In this document: positions 18,126-29,461 of the stretch, piece by piece
How positions within the stretch are numbered: position 1 is the first letter of the stretch
How the letters are laid out: the number at the start of each line of letters is the position of its first letter
NCBI GenBank assembly: GCA_002506535.1
Contig: DAXT01000001.1
Coordinates: 24,165 to 88,164, forward strand
DNA: 64,000 nt
DNA from: Methanothrix harundinacea
Lineage (GTDB): Archaea > Halobacteriota > Methanosarcinia > Methanotrichales > Methanotrichaceae
Reading direction: 5' to 3'
Program-made: the position numbers and the translations under genes
The notes under the pieces: model-generated
Told to the model about the DNA's origin: nothing
The model's input: the letters and a program-made list of their open reading frames with translations, nothing else
Database searches by the model: none

Positions 18126-19394
18126 TTAGCGGGGTGTGATGTTCATGCACATGCCCGCTGCTACCGTCTGGCCCATGTCCCTGATGGCGAACCTGCCCAG
18201 CTGGGGGATCTCCTTGACCTTCTCGATCACCATCGGCTTTGTCGGCAGCACGGTGACTATGGCGGCGTCGCCAGCCTTGATGAAGGCCGGATTCTGCTCC
18301 TTCACCGCGCCGGTCCTGGGGTCGAGCTTCGCCTTGATCTCGGTCAGGGTACAGGCGACCTGGGCGGTGTGGCAGTGGAAGACCGGGGTGTAGCCTGCGG
18401 AGATGGCGCTCGGATGCTGCAGGACCACGATCTGGGCGGTGAACTCCTTGGCTACGGTCGGCGGCGAATCGACGTGTCCGCAGACATCGCCTCTCCTGAT
18501 GTCCTTCTTTCCGACGCCCCTGACGTTCCAGCCTATGTTGTCGCCGGGGAGGGCCTGTTCGGCCTCTTCGTGATGCATCTCGATCGTCTTAACCTCGCCG
18601 ATTACGCTGGCCGGCTCGAAGATGATCTTATCTCCCTTCTTTATGATCCCGGTCTCGACCCTCCCCACGGGGACGGTTCCTACGCCGGATATGGTGTAGA
18701 CGTCCTGGACGGGGAGCCTGAGGGGCAGGTTAGTCGGCTTTTCGGGGACCTTCAGGTTGTTCAGCGCCTGGAGAAGGGTAGGCCCGGTGTACCAGGTGAG
18801 GTTGTCGCCGCGGGCGATGACGTTGTCGCCTACGAAGGCGGATACGGGCAGGAAGGGTATATCTGCAACCTTATATCCGACCATCTGGAGGAGCTTTCCT
18901 ACCTCCTCCTTCACCTCGTTGAACCGAGCCTCGCTGTACTTGGCGGCGTCGATCTTGTTGATGGCGATGACGAGCTGGTTGATCCCCAGGGTCCTGGCTA
19001 GGAAGACGTGCTCCCTCGTCTGGGCCATGACGCCGTCGGGGGCCGCGATCACCAGAACCGCGGCGTCTGCCTGGCTCGCGCCGGTGATCATGTTCTTGAT
19101 GAAGTCTCTATGTCCGGGACAGTCCACGATCGTGAAGTAGTACGTGTCGGTGTCGAACCTCTGGTGACCGATGTCGATGGTGACGCCTCTCTCTCGCTCC
19201 TCTTTCAGGCTGTCCATCACCCAGGCGAACTCGAAGGACCCCTTGCCCTTGGACTCGGCCTCTTTCTTGTACTGCTCGATGATATGTGGAGAAACGGCGC
19301 CGGACTCGAACATCAGCCTCCCTACGAGAGTGGACTTCCCGTGGTCGACGTGTCCGATGAACGCCAGGTTCATGTGTGGCTTCTGTGATGCCAT
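18126..19394 (-). CDS. tuf: Translation elongation factor aEF-1 alpha
   Basis: 422 aa; [22 protein letters not shown]-motifs. Confidence 0.97.
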   Translation of the reverse strand: MASQKPHMNLAFIGHVDHGKSTLVGRLMFESGAVSPHIIEQYKKEAESKGKGSFEFAWVMDSLKEERERGVTIDIGHQRFDTDTYYFTIVDCPGHRDFIKNMITGASQADAAVLVIAAPDGVMAQTREHVFLARTLGINQLVIAINKIDAAKYSEARFNEVKEEVGKLLQMVGYKVADIPFLPVSAFVGDNVIARGDNLTWYTGPTLLQALNNLKVPEKPTNLPLRLPVQDVYTISGVGTVPVGRVETGIIKKGDKIIFEPASVIGEVKTIEMHHEEAEQALPGDNIGWNVRGVGKKDIRRGDVCGHVDSPPTVAKEFTAQIVVLQHPSAISAGYTPVFHCHTAQVACTLTEIKAKLDPRTGAVKEQNPAFIKAGDAAIVTVLPTKPMVIEKVKEIPQLGRFAIRDMGQTVAAGMCMNITPR

Positions 19395-19465
19395 CTTTAT
19401 CTCCTCCGGTTAACTCTTAACTCCGTATTTACGTCTATTCCGTTTAAATCTTTTCAGAGAAGGCC

Positions 19466-21661
19466 TCAAGCCTTCAGGTAATCGCTGGGCTTAGGCATCT
19501 CGGTCTTTAAACCTTTGCGCCCCCGGATCTGGCGTACCGTCTCTACCATCGCCGCTGGCGGGATGGGCTCAAAGCCGGCAAACTCCGTGCTCCATAGGGA
19601 CCTGCCCTCGGTGGCTCCCCGGATCGCGCCCGCGAACCCGAAGAGCTCCGAGACCGGCGCCTTCGCCTTGATTATGATCATGTCGCCCTCGGTCTCCATG
19701 CTCAGGATCATGCCTCTTCGGCCCTGGATCTCGGACATGGCTCCCCCCATCTGCTCCTGTGGAACCTGTATAAAGACGTTCTGGAAGGGTTCCAGGAGGG
19801 TGGGGTTCGCCATGAGGATCCCGGCCTGAACAGCCTGCCTGACAGCGGGGATGACCTGGGCCGGCCCCCGGTGGATGGCGTCCTCGTGGAGCTTGACATC
19901 GATAAGCTTCGCCTTTACGCCCTGGACCGGCTCTCTGCATATGGGGCCGTTCTTCGTCGCCTCGACGAAACCCTCCAGCATCAGCTCCATCGTCTCTCGG
20001 AGGTACTGGACGCCCTTGGTCATGTTGATGAAGATGTTGGACTCGAAGATGCCGGATATGTTCCTCGACTCTTCCTTGTCCATCCCCTTGCTGATCAGGA
20101 TGTTCCTGCGCTCCAGCTCCTCCATCTTCATGGAGACCTCGCCGGCCTTGATCGCGTCTACAACCTCGGGTAGCAACGGCTCGATCTCGATGTAGAAGCG
20201 GTTGTGGTGGTTGGGGGACTTGCCCTCGACGGCACCGGAAGTCTTTCCTCCTATCGACTCCCGATAGACGACGATGGGCGGGGATGTGGTGATCTCGACG
20301 CCCTTGTCCCTCTGAATCCTGTAGGCGACGATCTCCAGGTGGAGCTCCCCCATCCCTGCCATCAGGTGCTCGCCGGTCTCCTCGTTGATGTTGATGTTGA
20401 GGGTCGGATCTTCTTTCGCCACCTGCCGGAGAACCTCCACCAGCTTGGGGAGGTCGCGGGTGTTCTTAGCCTCCACCGCCACGGTGACCACAGGCTCGCT
20501 GACGTGCTTTATGTCCTCGAAGGGCGTTGCGTCCCTATCCGAGGAGACGGTGGACCCGACGAAGGCGTCCCGCAGGCCGGTCACCGCCGCGATGTTCCCG
20601 GCGGGGATCTTCTCCACCTCGATCCTGTCGGCTCCCATGAATATCCCCGTCTGCTGGACCCTGTTGGGCTTTGCGACACCGGATATGGAGAGCTCCATCC
20701 CCCTCTCCAGGGTTCCCGAGAAGAGCCTCCCCGTCGCCACCTCCCCTGCGTGGGGGTCGACGGAGATGTCGGTGACCATGAAGGCGATGGGTCCCGCGGG
20801 GTCGCAGGATTCCATCGACTTGTAGAGCTTGCTGCTCCTGTCGCCGTGCCAGATGACTCCGACACGCTCTTTCTGGGCCTTGATGGGGCTTGGGAGGAAG
20901 CGGATGACCATGTCGTTGACGGCGACGTATAGAGGGCATCTCTCAGCCAGGGTCTTCATATCTCCGATCTGGCAGTAGTCGTAGACCTCGCCGAAGCCGA
21001 TCCCGGTGCTCTTCATCTGGGGAACGCTGATCGCCCAGTTGTAAAGGGCGGAGCCGAAGGCTACGCTCCCCTCAGCGGCGTCGACCTTCCAGCCCGCCTT
21101 GTACTTCTCCTCGTTCATCCCCCGTATGAGCTTGTTTATGTTGTCGATCAATTTTCCGAGCCGCAGCTGCATCTCCTGCTTGTCGACCTTCAGCTCGTTG
21201 AGGAGCCTATCTACCTTGTTGACGAATAGAACCGGATGGACGTTCTCTTTGAGCGCCTGCCGCAGGACCGTCTCGGTCTGGGGCATCGCCCCCTCGACGG
21301 CATCGACGACTACGACGGCGCCATCGACGGCCCGCATCGCCCTCGTCACGTCGCCGCCGAAGTCGACGTGGCCTGGGGTGTCGATCATATTGATGAGGTA
21401 CTCCTCACCCTTGAACTCGTGGACCATGGAGACGTTGGCGGAATCGATGGTGATGCCCCTCGCCTGCTCCAGGGGGTCGAAGTCCATGAATAGCTGCTTG
21501 CCCGCCAGCTCCATGGATATCATCCCAGCTCCTGCAAGCAGATTGTCAGATAACGTCGTCTTGCCGTGATCGATATGCGCAACAATACCGATATTTCGAA
21601 TCTTATCTGGCTTGTCCATCAGCGCCGTTACGCGCTCAGCTATCTTCTTCCTCTTGCCCAT
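19466..21661 (-). CDS. fusA: Translation elongation factor aEF-2
   Basis: I chose the ATG at 21661 ([39 protein letters not shown]). The 51 upstream codons of the track ORF are not EF-2-like. Confidence 0.95.
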   Translation of the reverse strand: MGKRKKIAERVTALMDKPDKIRNIGIVAHIDHGKTTLSDNLLAGAGMISMELAGKQLFMDFDPLEQARGITIDSANVSMVHEFKGEEYLINMIDTPGHVDFGGDVTRAMRAVDGAVVVVDAVEGAMPQTETVLRQALKENVHPVLFVNKVDRLLNELKVDKQEMQLRLGKLIDNINKLIRGMNEEKYKAGWKVDAAEGSVAFGSALYNWAISVPQMKSTGIGFGEVYDYCQIGDMKTLAERCPLYVAVNDMVIRFLPSPIKAQKERVGVIWHGDRSSKLYKSMESCDPAGPIAFMVTDISVDPHAGEVATGRLFSGTLERGMELSISGVAKPNRVQQTGIFMGADRIEVEKIPAGNIAAVTGLRDAFVGSTVSSDRDATPFEDIKHVSEPVVTVAVEAKNTRDLPKLVEVLRQVAKEDPTLNININEETGEHLMAGMGELHLEIVAYRIQRDKGVEITTSPPIVVYRESIGGKTSGAVEGKSPNHHNRFYIEIEPLLPEVVDAIKAGEVSMKMEELERRNILISKGMDKEESRNISGIFESNIFINMTKGVQYLRETMELMLEGFVEATKNGPICREPVQGVKAKLIDVKLHEDAIHRGPAQVIPAVRQAVQAGILMANPTLLEPFQNVFIQVPQEQMGGAMSEIQGRRGMILSMETEGDMIIIKAKAPVSELFGFAGAIRGATEGRSLWSTEFAGFEPIPPAAMVETVRQIRGRKGLKTEMPKPSDYLKA

Positions 21662-22045
21662 ATCAAGCCTCGCGAAATTTGAGATAAAGCTCAGAATCTT
21701 GGAGTCTCGGTTCCATTTTCGTACACCTATATAAGCCTTCGGCCCTCGGCGCCAACGTCCGGGGGGTAGCCACCATCGATTTTTCGTCGCCGGATGGCGT
21801 TTGATATGAGGCACTTGCCCCCAAGATGCATTATATTGAAGGAAAAAGTGAGAGAGAATCTGGCGATCGAAGGAGAGCGTCTTCTTGGTGAAGGCCGGAT
21901 CATCTCCCCGGAGAGCCGCTTCTGCCCATCGGCAGAGGAACCTCCTGGGGCAGGGACGGCCGCCGATTTAGAATATACAACATCAATTATAAAACGGTGA
22001 GTAAAGCTTATATCGATGGGATGGGACCTTCACAGGGTTTTCAAG

Positions 22046-23446
22046 ATGGCACGCTTGGTAATGAAGTTTGGCGGATCCTCGGTCGCCGACGGGGCGAAGC
22101 TTCGAAACGTCGGAGAGCTGGTGAAGAGCCTGAGTGAAGATAACGAGATCGTCGTCGTCACCTCTGCTCTGGGGGGGGTCACCGACGACCTCCTCCAGTG
22201 CGCCAGGGCGTCGGCGGATGGAGGGAAGGTGGAGGATATAGTCACCTTCGTCGACAGGCTGAGCAAGAGGCACATCCAGGCTCTGATGGAGGCGGTAAAG
22301 GACCCGGAGATCGTAAAGGAGCTGAAGGAGGTCGTCATCAAGAGGCTCGGCGAGCTGGAGAAGGCTTACATCGGCATCTGCTACCTGGGGGAGCTGTCGC
22401 CGAGGTCCATCGACAGGATATCGAGCTACGGCGAGAGGCTCGCCGCCCCCATCCTCTCGGGGGTACTGAGGGACCTGGGGCTGAAGTCGAGGCATTACAC
22501 CGGGGGCGAGGCCGGGATCGTCACCAACAGCGATTACGGGAACGGAAAGCCCCTGGAGAAGACCTACGACCTCCTCTCCTCGAGGCTCACACCCCTCGAC
22601 GGCGTCCCGGTGGTGACGGGGTTCATCGCCGAGGACGAGAGGGGGAACATCACCACGTTGGGCAGAGGCGGCTCGGACTTCTCGGCTTCCCTCATCGGGG
22701 CGGCCATCGGGGCGGACGAGATATGGTTCTGGAAGGATACGACCGGCGTTCTGACCACCGACCCCCGGATCGTCTCGGAGGCGAAGAACATACCCGTCAT
22801 CTCCTACCGGGAGGCGATGGAGATGTCCTACTTCGGGGCGAAGGTCCTCCACCCCAGGGCGATCGAGCCAGCCATCAGGAAGGGGATCCCCGTCCGGGTG
22901 AAGTGCACCTTCGATCCTCTCGATCCGGGCACCCTGATAGTGAAGGAGGGGGCGGCCAAAGAGGACGTCATAAAGGCGGTCACCCTCTCAAGGAACGTGG
23001 CGCTCCTCACCATCTCCGGCGCCGGGATGATCGGGACCCCCGGCATCGCGGCCCGGGCCTTCACCTCCCTCGCCAACGCCGGGGTGAACATCATCATGAT
23101 CAGCCAGGGATCCAGCGAGGCGAACATCTCTATCGTCGTCGACGAGCCCCAGGCAGAGGCGGCCGAGATCGCCCTGCGGGCGGAGTTTCCGACGACGATA
23201 GTGAGGGAGATCTCTCACAACAAAGACGTGGCCGTCGTCGCCGTGGTGGGGGCCGGTATGGTGGGGACCCCCGGAGTCGCCGGGAGGGTCTTCGGCGCCA
23301 TGGGCAGGTCGAAGATCAACGTCCTGATGATCAGCCAGGGGTCGAGCGAGCACAACATCTCCTTCGTCGTCTCCATCTCCGAGGCGGAGAGGGCGGTCCT
23401 GGAGCTCCACCGGGAGTTCGGCCTTGAGAGCGGGTCGAAGAGATAA
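22046..23446 (+). CDS. lysC: Aspartate kinase
   Basis: ATG at 22046 (MARLVMKFGGSSVADG). Kinase core plus two C-terminal ACT domains (ISGAGMIGTPGIAARAF / VGAGMVGTPGVAGRVF). Confidence 0.9.
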   Translation: MARLVMKFGGSSVADGAKLRNVGELVKSLSEDNEIVVVTSALGGVTDDLLQCARASADGGKVEDIVTFVDRLSKRHIQALMEAVKDPEIVKELKEVVIKRLGELEKAYIGICYLGELSPRSIDRISSYGERLAAPILSGVLRDLGLKSRHYTGGEAGIVTNSDYGNGKPLEKTYDLLSSRLTPLDGVPVVTGFIAEDERGNITTLGRGGSDFSASLIGAAIGADEIWFWKDTTGVLTTDPRIVSEAKNIPVISYREAMEMSYFGAKVLHPRAIEPAIRKGIPVRVKCTFDPLDPGTLIVKEGAAKEDVIKAVTLSRNVALLTISGAGMIGTPGIAARAFTSLANAGVNIIMISQGSSEANISIVVDEPQAEAAEIALRAEFPTTIVREISHNKDVAVVAVVGAGMVGTPGVAGRVFGAMGRSKINVLMISQGSSEHNISFVVSISEAERAVLELHREFGLESGSKR

Positions 23447-23457
23447 GAGGTGAGGAT

Positions 23458-24450
23458 ATGAAGAGGCTTACCTACGCCGACTCCGGCGTCGACATCAGGG
23501 CGGAGGAGAGGGCGATCTCCGCCATGAAGAGGGTGATGACCGGCAGGCGTAAGGGTATCGGCGCCCCGATCACCGATATCGGCCACTACGCCGGCCTCAT
23601 CGATATGGGCGATTACGCCATAGCCATGACCACCGACGGGGTCGGAAGCAAGGTCCTGATCGCAAGCGAGATGAAGAAGTGGGATACCGTCGGTATCGAC
23701 TGCATGGCGATGAACGTCAACGACCTCCTCGCCATCGGGGCCGAGCCCCTCGCCTTCGTCGACTACCTCGCCCTGGAGAGGATCGATCCGGAGATGACCG
23801 CTCAGATAGCCGTCGGCCTTGAGCGAGGGGCAAAGATATCCAACGTCAGCATCGTCGGGGGCGAGACCGCCTCCTTGCCCGAGATCATCCGGGGCTTCGA
23901 CCTCGCCGGAACCTGCATCGGCATGATCAAAAAAGAGGACGTAGTCACCGGCGAGAAGATAGAAAAAGGGGACGTCGTCGTCGGCCTTCCAAGCAGTGGC
24001 CTTCACAGCAACGGCTTCTCCCTCGCACGGAAGATCGTCGCTGAGTCGAGCTACACCTACTTCGACAAGATGCCCGGCTCGGAGAAGACGATCGGCGAGC
24101 TCCTCCTGGAGCCGACGAGGATCTACATGGAGGCGCTGGAAGTAATAAGGAAGGCCGATATCCACGGGATGGCCCACATAACGGGGAGCGGCCTACTCAA
24201 GCTCCACCGGATCAGCGGCTTCGGCTTTGAGATCGACGACCCCCTCGAGCCCCAGCCGATATTCCGGTTCCTCCAGGAGGAAGGAGGCGTAGCCGAGGAC
24301 GAGATGTACCGGACCTTCAACATGGGGATGGGATGGGTCTTCGTCCTCCCGGAGGATGACGCCGACGCCGTCCTGGGAATGACCGACGGAAAGGTCGTGG
24401 GCAAGATCGTCGCCGAGGGGCTGCGGCTCGGGGATATCGAGCTGAAGTAA
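23458..24450 (+). CDS. purM: Phosphoribosylformylglycinamidine cyclo-ligase (AIR synthetase)
   Basis: 330 aa; TYADSGVDI, MTTDGVGSK, DCMAMNVNDL motifs. Confidence 0.95.
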   Translation: MKRLTYADSGVDIRAEERAISAMKRVMTGRRKGIGAPITDIGHYAGLIDMGDYAIAMTTDGVGSKVLIASEMKKWDTVGIDCMAMNVNDLLAIGAEPLAFVDYLALERIDPEMTAQIAVGLERGAKISNVSIVGGETASLPEIIRGFDLAGTCIGMIKKEDVVTGEKIEKGDVVVGLPSSGLHSNGFSLARKIVAESSYTYFDKMPGSEKTIGELLLEPTRIYMEALEVIRKADIHGMAHITGSGLLKLHRISGFGFEIDDPLEPQPIFRFLQEEGGVAEDEMYRTFNMGMGWVFVLPEDDADAVLGMTDGKVVGKIVAEGLRLGDIELK

Positions 24451-24561
24451 AGCGGCCGGATGGACCGATCAAATCGAGATTTGGGCGGGGGGCTAATCTG
24501 GCAACGACCTGGCTATAAGGCCCCAAAACAATATTTTAAGATGAAAATAGAAGCTGGAGGA

Positions 24562-24825
24562 TTAAGGGATCACAATATACCCTTTACCCCTTCTGAAAGC
24601 CCTCTGGACCCAGACGACACCGCTTTCGACGAAGTATTCGAACCTGTGCTCTCCAACCCGCAACCGATAAAGGTCTTGGGACTTGCCTTTGAGCCTCTTG
24701 ATGTCGGCACCGCTCCTGGAGGTGAAGGGGTCCTCCCCAAGCTTCCTCAAAACGTCCTTGAGCCTCTCTTTCTCTCCGCTATCGTCGAGGTACCTTTTGA
24801 CCTGGGGATGAACTCGGACCTCCAT
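24562..24825 (-). CDS. relE: RelE/ParE-family type II toxin
   Basis: 87 aa; IKRLKGKSQDLYRLRVGEHRFEYFV matches the RelE core (K.L.G....yRlRvGdyR..Y). Confidence 0.7.
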   Translation of the reverse strand: MEVRVHPQVKRYLDDSGEKERLKDVLRKLGEDPFTSRSGADIKRLKGKSQDLYRLRVGEHRFEYFVESGVVWVQRAFRRGKGYIVIP

Positions 24826-25023
24826 CTAAATATCTTCCAGGGGGATGTAGTCCTTCTTCTCCTTCTGCAGCTTCAACCATCGAGCCTCGATGATCTCTTC
24901 GACGTCCATATCCTCGAGGGAGTCCATCAACCGATTGAGGATCTCGTCGTAGGACTCCCCCTCGCGGCCGAAGAGCTGGAGCCTGTTTTTAACCCCCTCA
25001 TCTACGTGGATAGCGGTGCTCAT
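24826..25023 (-). CDS. Putative cognate antitoxin
   Basis: 65 aa, acidic. Its stop directly abuts the relE start. I did not recognise a family. Confidence 0.5.
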   Translation of the reverse strand: MSTAIHVDEGVKNRLQLFGREGESYDEILNRLMDSLEDMDVEEIIEARWLKLQKEKKDYIPLEDI

Positions 25024-25168
25024 AGAAGTACAAAGTTGGAAAGGCGATTATTAAAGATTGCGTCGAGGGGATATCTGGTCATGACGAGGCTTTTGCCGGG
25101 GGCGATACTTTTCCCAGCTTTCCCGACTTAAAAAGAGGTTGAGGAAAGATGAGAACCTCCGAGGCGGC

Positions 25169-25966
25169 CTACACGACCTTCCCGCCCTTCGCCGCCTCCT
25201 CCTTCGCCATCTTCCCGAAGAGCTCCTCCAGCTTCACCTTGATCTCCTTGATCGCCTCGATCCCCGGCCCCCCGACGTCCAGGGGCGACTTTCCGGCGAG
25301 GTCCGCCTCCATGAAGTTTCTGTCGAAGGGTATCATCCCAAGGACGGGGACGTTCATCTCCGCCAGCTTCTCTTTTATCTTCGCCTGCTCCTCGGGGGCC
25401 TTGTTGATCACCGCCATCACCCTCTCGATCCCCAGGTCTTTTGCGAGCTTCTTGATCCTCTCCAGGGTCTCGACGGACCGCAGGCCCGGCTCGACGACGG
25501 CGATCATGACGTCGACCCCCTTCGTCGTCCCGCGCCCCAGGTGCTCGATGCCCGCCTCCATGTCCAGGATGACCAGGTCCTTCTCCCGGAGGATGACGTG
25601 CCGGAGGAGAGCCCGCAGGAAGGCGGTCTCAGGGCACATGCAGCCGCTTCCGCCGGTGTCGATCGTCCCCATGACGGCGAGCTTCACTCCGTCGGGGCCG
25701 ACGCAGCCGCACTTCTCGATGACGTCGTCGACCTTGGGGTTGAGCTTGAACATGCCGAACTCGGCGCTCGCCCTCTCCTGGACCATCTCCTTGTAGTCGG
25801 TGATGGGCCGCGGGTTCTCGGGGACGCCCAGGGCTGACGCCAGGTTCATGTCGGGGTCTGCGTCTATCGCGATGACGTTGTACCCATCCCGGGCGAAGAG
25901 GCGGGCGAGGGTTCCGGCGAGGGTCGTCTTTCCGACGCCCCCCTTTCCAGTGATGGCTATCTTGAT
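25169..25966 (-). CDS. cooC: CooC-type Ni-insertion ATPase (CODH/ACS maturation factor), apparently with a non-canonical start
   Basis: The track ORF (25169..25849) lacks the P-loop. The frame stays open upstream and encodes (I)KIAITGKGGVGKTTLAGTLARLFARDGYNVIAIDADPD. A GGAGGT Shine-Dalgarno lies 6 nt before an ATC codon at 25966. The CXC nickel motif GCMCP is present. Confidence 0.75.
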   Translation of the reverse strand: MKIAITGKGGVGKTTLAGTLARLFARDGYNVIAIDADPDMNLASALGVPENPRPITDYKEMVQERASAEFGMFKLNPKVDDVIEKCGCVGPDGVKLAVMGTIDTGGSGCMCPETAFLRALLRHVILREKDLVILDMEAGIEHLGRGTTKGVDVMIAVVEPGLRSVETLERIKKLAKDLGIERVMAVINKAPEEQAKIKEKLAEMNVPVLGMIPFDRNFMEADLAGKSPLDVGGPGIEAIKEIKVKLEELFGKMAKEEAAKGGKVV

Positions 25967-26140
25967 GGTAAGACCTCCAGGAAGTTGAATATCGTCTCAG
26001 GTTGGATCTCGGCTCGGATCTTCTCGGTTCAGATCTCCAGATATATATGGGAGGATCACAGTTTATATCGCTTCTGGACGGGCCGACCGGGGGCGGATCG
26101 GAGAGGAGAGGGACGATGGGGATTAAGAAGGGCGACGGGG

Positions 26141-27949
26141 ATGAAGACGGAAGAGAGGATGGATAGCCAGGATATTGAAGGAATCCGCCGGGCTGACGGG
26201 GCGAAGAAGACGCCCTCTACATCCCGGCCCCGGTATAGCCCGGCCACCGGCCTCGGCCCCTTCGCCCCGGAGCTTCTCAGGAAGAGGTACCTGCGGCGGG
26301 ACCTCTCCGGGAACGTCGCCGAGACGGCCGAGGAGATGTTCAGCCGGGTGGCCCGGACCGTCGCTCGCGCCGAAGGGAGGTTCGGCGGCGATGCCACCGC
26401 CATGGCGTCGAGGTTTCGGGACGCCATGGCGGGGGGGGTCTTCCTCCCCAACTCCCCGACCCTGATGAACGCAGGCCTCTCCCTGGGGCAGCTCTCGGCA
26501 TGCTTCGTCCTCCCGGTGGAGGACTCCATGGACGGGATCTTCGGCGCCCTCAAAGAGATGGCGAAGATCCACCAGAGCGGCGGGGGGACCGGCTTCTCCT
26601 TCTCGCGCCTGCGGCCGAAGGGCGACCCCGTCCGGGCTACGGGGGGCGTCGCCAGCGGCCCCGTCTCCTTCATGGAGGTCTTCGACGCCGCCACCGAGGT
26701 GATAAAGCAGGGGGGCAGGAGGCGCGGGGCGAATATGGCGGTCCTGCGGGCTGACCATCCCGACATCCTCGAGTTCGTGAGGGCAAAGGAGAGGGCGGGG
26801 AGGCTTCAGAACTTCAACCTCTCCGTCGGTATCACCGACGACCTGATGAGGAGGGCCCGGTCGGGGAAGGACTTCGACCTCATAAACCCCAGGACCGGCA
26901 AGGTGGCGCAGACGATCGAAGCCTCAGCCCTCTTACGAGAGATAGCCGCCAACGCCTGGAGGCGGGGCGACCCCGGCGTCCTCTTCCTCGACAGGATCAA
27001 CGACGCCCACCCCCTCCAGGGGACGATCGAGGCGACGAACCCCTGCGGCGAGCAGCCGCTTCTTCCCTACGAGTCCTGTAACCTCGGCTCTGTTAACCTC
27101 TCCCGCTTCGCCGGAGGAGGCGAGGTCGACTGGGACGGCCTTGCGGAGACGGCCCGCCTTGCCGTCCGGTTCTTGGACGACGTCATCGAGGTGAACCGCT
27201 TCCCCCTCCGGAAGATCCGGGAGGCGACCTTGAAGAGCAGGAAGATCGGCCTGGGGGTGATGGGCTTCGCCGAGATGCTGATCGAGCTTGGGATCGGCTA
27301 CGCATCGAAGGAGGCGGTCGAGATGGCGGAGGAGACGATGAAATTCATCGCCGCCGTCGCCAGGGACGAGTCTTGCCACCTCGGCGAGGAGCGCGGCTCC
27401 TTCCCGCTCCTGGAGGTGAGCAGCCTCGACTACGACGCCATGAGAAACGCCACCGTCACCACCATCGCGCCGACGGGGTCGATCAGCCTCATCGCCGGGA
27501 CAAGCCCCGGGATCGAGCCCTTATTCGGCCTATCCTACTCCCGGGACCTCCTCGGCGATGATATGGTGGCGACTAGCCCCCTCTTCGAGAGGATGGCGAA
27601 AGATAGGGGGCTTTACACCGAGGGCCTGATCCGGCACCTCGCGGCGCGGGGGACCCTGGCAGGGGCCGAGAGCGTCCCCGAGGACCTCAAAGATTTATTC
27701 GTCACGGCGATGGAGGTCGCCCCGGCCCAGCACGTCAAAATCCAGGCGGCCTTCCAGAGGTTCACCGACAACGGCGTCTCCAAGACCGTCAACCTCCAGT
27801 CGGAGGCGACGGTCGAGGAGGTCCTGGAGATCTTCGCCCTCGCCTACGACCTCGGCTGTAAAGGGATCACCGTCTACCGGTACGGCTCGCGGGACCAGCT
27901 CCTCCACCTGGGAGATCGCTTGAAGTGTGAAGAGTGCGGCGGAGGGTAG
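26141..27949 (+). CDS. nrdJ: Adenosylcobalamin-dependent (class II) ribonucleotide reductase
   Basis: I chose the ATG at 26141 within the track ORF. Hallmark TNPCGEQPLLPYESCNLGS, and a C-terminal Cys pair (CEECGGG). The size gives no sign of an intein. Confidence 0.9.
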   Translation: MKTEERMDSQDIEGIRRADGAKKTPSTSRPRYSPATGLGPFAPELLRKRYLRRDLSGNVAETAEEMFSRVARTVARAEGRFGGDATAMASRFRDAMAGGVFLPNSPTLMNAGLSLGQLSACFVLPVEDSMDGIFGALKEMAKIHQSGGGTGFSFSRLRPKGDPVRATGGVASGPVSFMEVFDAATEVIKQGGRRRGANMAVLRADHPDILEFVRAKERAGRLQNFNLSVGITDDLMRRARSGKDFDLINPRTGKVAQTIEASALLREIAANAWRRGDPGVLFLDRINDAHPLQGTIEATNPCGEQPLLPYESCNLGSVNLSRFAGGGEVDWDGLAETARLAVRFLDDVIEVNRFPLRKIREATLKSRKIGLGVMGFAEMLIELGIGYASKEAVEMAEETMKFIAAVARDESCHLGEERGSFPLLEVSSLDYDAMRNATVTTIAPTGSISLIAGTSPGIEPLFGLSYSRDLLGDDMVATSPLFERMAKDRGLYTEGLIRHLAARGTLAGAESVPEDLKDLFVTAMEVAPAQHVKIQAAFQRFTDNGVSKTVNLQSEATVEEVLEIFALAYDLGCKGITVYRYGSRDQLLHLGDRLKCEECGGG

Positions 27950-28380
27950 ATATTTTGATGGAGATTGTGGAGGATCTGATGATGGAGCTTCGATTTAAGT
28001 CGGATTGAAGGGAGACGAAAGATTAAAATAAACTAAGTTATAAGTTAAAATATGATATTAATGGTAATCAGCTCCTGAAGATCAAAAGTTATACGACAGA
28101 TTTCTGGTTTATAATTCTGTTAAGTTGAACTGGAAAAGGAGCGATGCACAGATTCGATCGATATTTTGGCTGCGACTGTTAATCAACGGATCTAGCCCCA
28201 TTGATCCACAGCCAGCGTCTTCCATCGCGAAGACCTGCAGATAAAGGAGGGTAATGATCATATAAATCAATAAAAATCGATAAATTATTGTCAAACGAAA
28301 AATTTAAGTATAATAAAGAAAAATCCCGGTGGGGCAACTTATGTGCTTGTAGACTTAAGTTGTTCCGAGGAACCGGATAG

Positions 28381-28818
28381 GTGCAGATTATGGCAGAGTC
28401 AAAGTTAGAGAATCTTACGGAATCTGTGAGCAGAGATATCCTGGCCAGGGCGGGAATAAGCGATGAGGTGGCAGACAAGCTCGACCGACTTTATGAAGAA
28501 GCTCCGTTGCTCGGTGGCACCGTCGACCAGGAGATAAGCATTCAGATAACGAACGGACATGGGTCGGGAGGGGTGGACAAAACCACCGCCTGGGTGACCA
28601 TCACCGGCTACTGCGAAATAAAAGAGCCTGCCAACGGCACATGGACGATCATCGCAAAAGACGGCGGAAAGACGGTTTTCAATCGCAGTGGATTAAAAAA
28701 AGGAGACAAAGTAGATTTCAGCTACAAGACAGATTTTAAGCTGCACCTAAAAGTCGAGGCGATCTGGAGTGAGGGCGGAGATACGACCTTAAAGGCGTTC
28801 ATACACGCCACGTATTGA
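28381..28818 (+). CDS. Hypothetical protein (helical N-terminus, beta-rich C-terminus)
   Basis: 145-aa ORF (GTG 28381 or ATG 28390) following an AT-rich 430-bp spacer. No recognisable motifs and no signal peptide. Confidence 0.45.
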   Translation: MQIMAESKLENLTESVSRDILARAGISDEVADKLDRLYEEAPLLGGTVDQEISIQITNGHGSGGVDKTTAWVTITGYCEIKEPANGTWTIIAKDGGKTVFNRSGLKKGDKVDFSYKTDFKLHLKVEAIWSEGGDTTLKAFIHATY

Positions 28819-28966
28819 GGACGCCTCCGAGATTTTGGCGCTTCGATAAATCGTCCTGCTGATGGCAGATGTGTCTTGTGCCGATCCCCCGATCCCACAA
28901 TTTGTGCCGTCTGCATGACCTTATTTTTAGCACGACCTCCAAGGATATTGTAGAGGCCTTCGATAA

Positions 28967-29461
<495 letters not shown>

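Noticed and set aside
21662-21814. A 51-codon N-terminal extension of the EF-2 ORF. Similar upstream extensions occur at lysC (22016), pyrH (44754), carA (53178), nrdJ (25985), the C25 peptidase (6056) and the ACT protein (12033).
   Set aside because: The extensions are not family-like. Internal ATGs reproduce the canonical N-termini, so the shorter models were used.
25985-26140. A cobalamin riboswitch upstream of the B12-dependent nrdJ, and a possible lysine riboswitch upstream of lysC (21800-22045).
   Set aside because: I could not recognise the conserved B12-box or lysine-element cores by eye. Such riboswitches are not expected in this kind of archaeon. Only TATA-like elements are visible (e.g. 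TTTATAT at 26062-26068).
19466-27949. Inteins in aEF-2, the class II RNR or (49285-51018) GlyRS.
   Set aside because: Protein lengths are normal for intein-free versions. No HNG/endonuclease blocks or Cys/Ser-...-HN junction patterns interrupt the conserved motifs.
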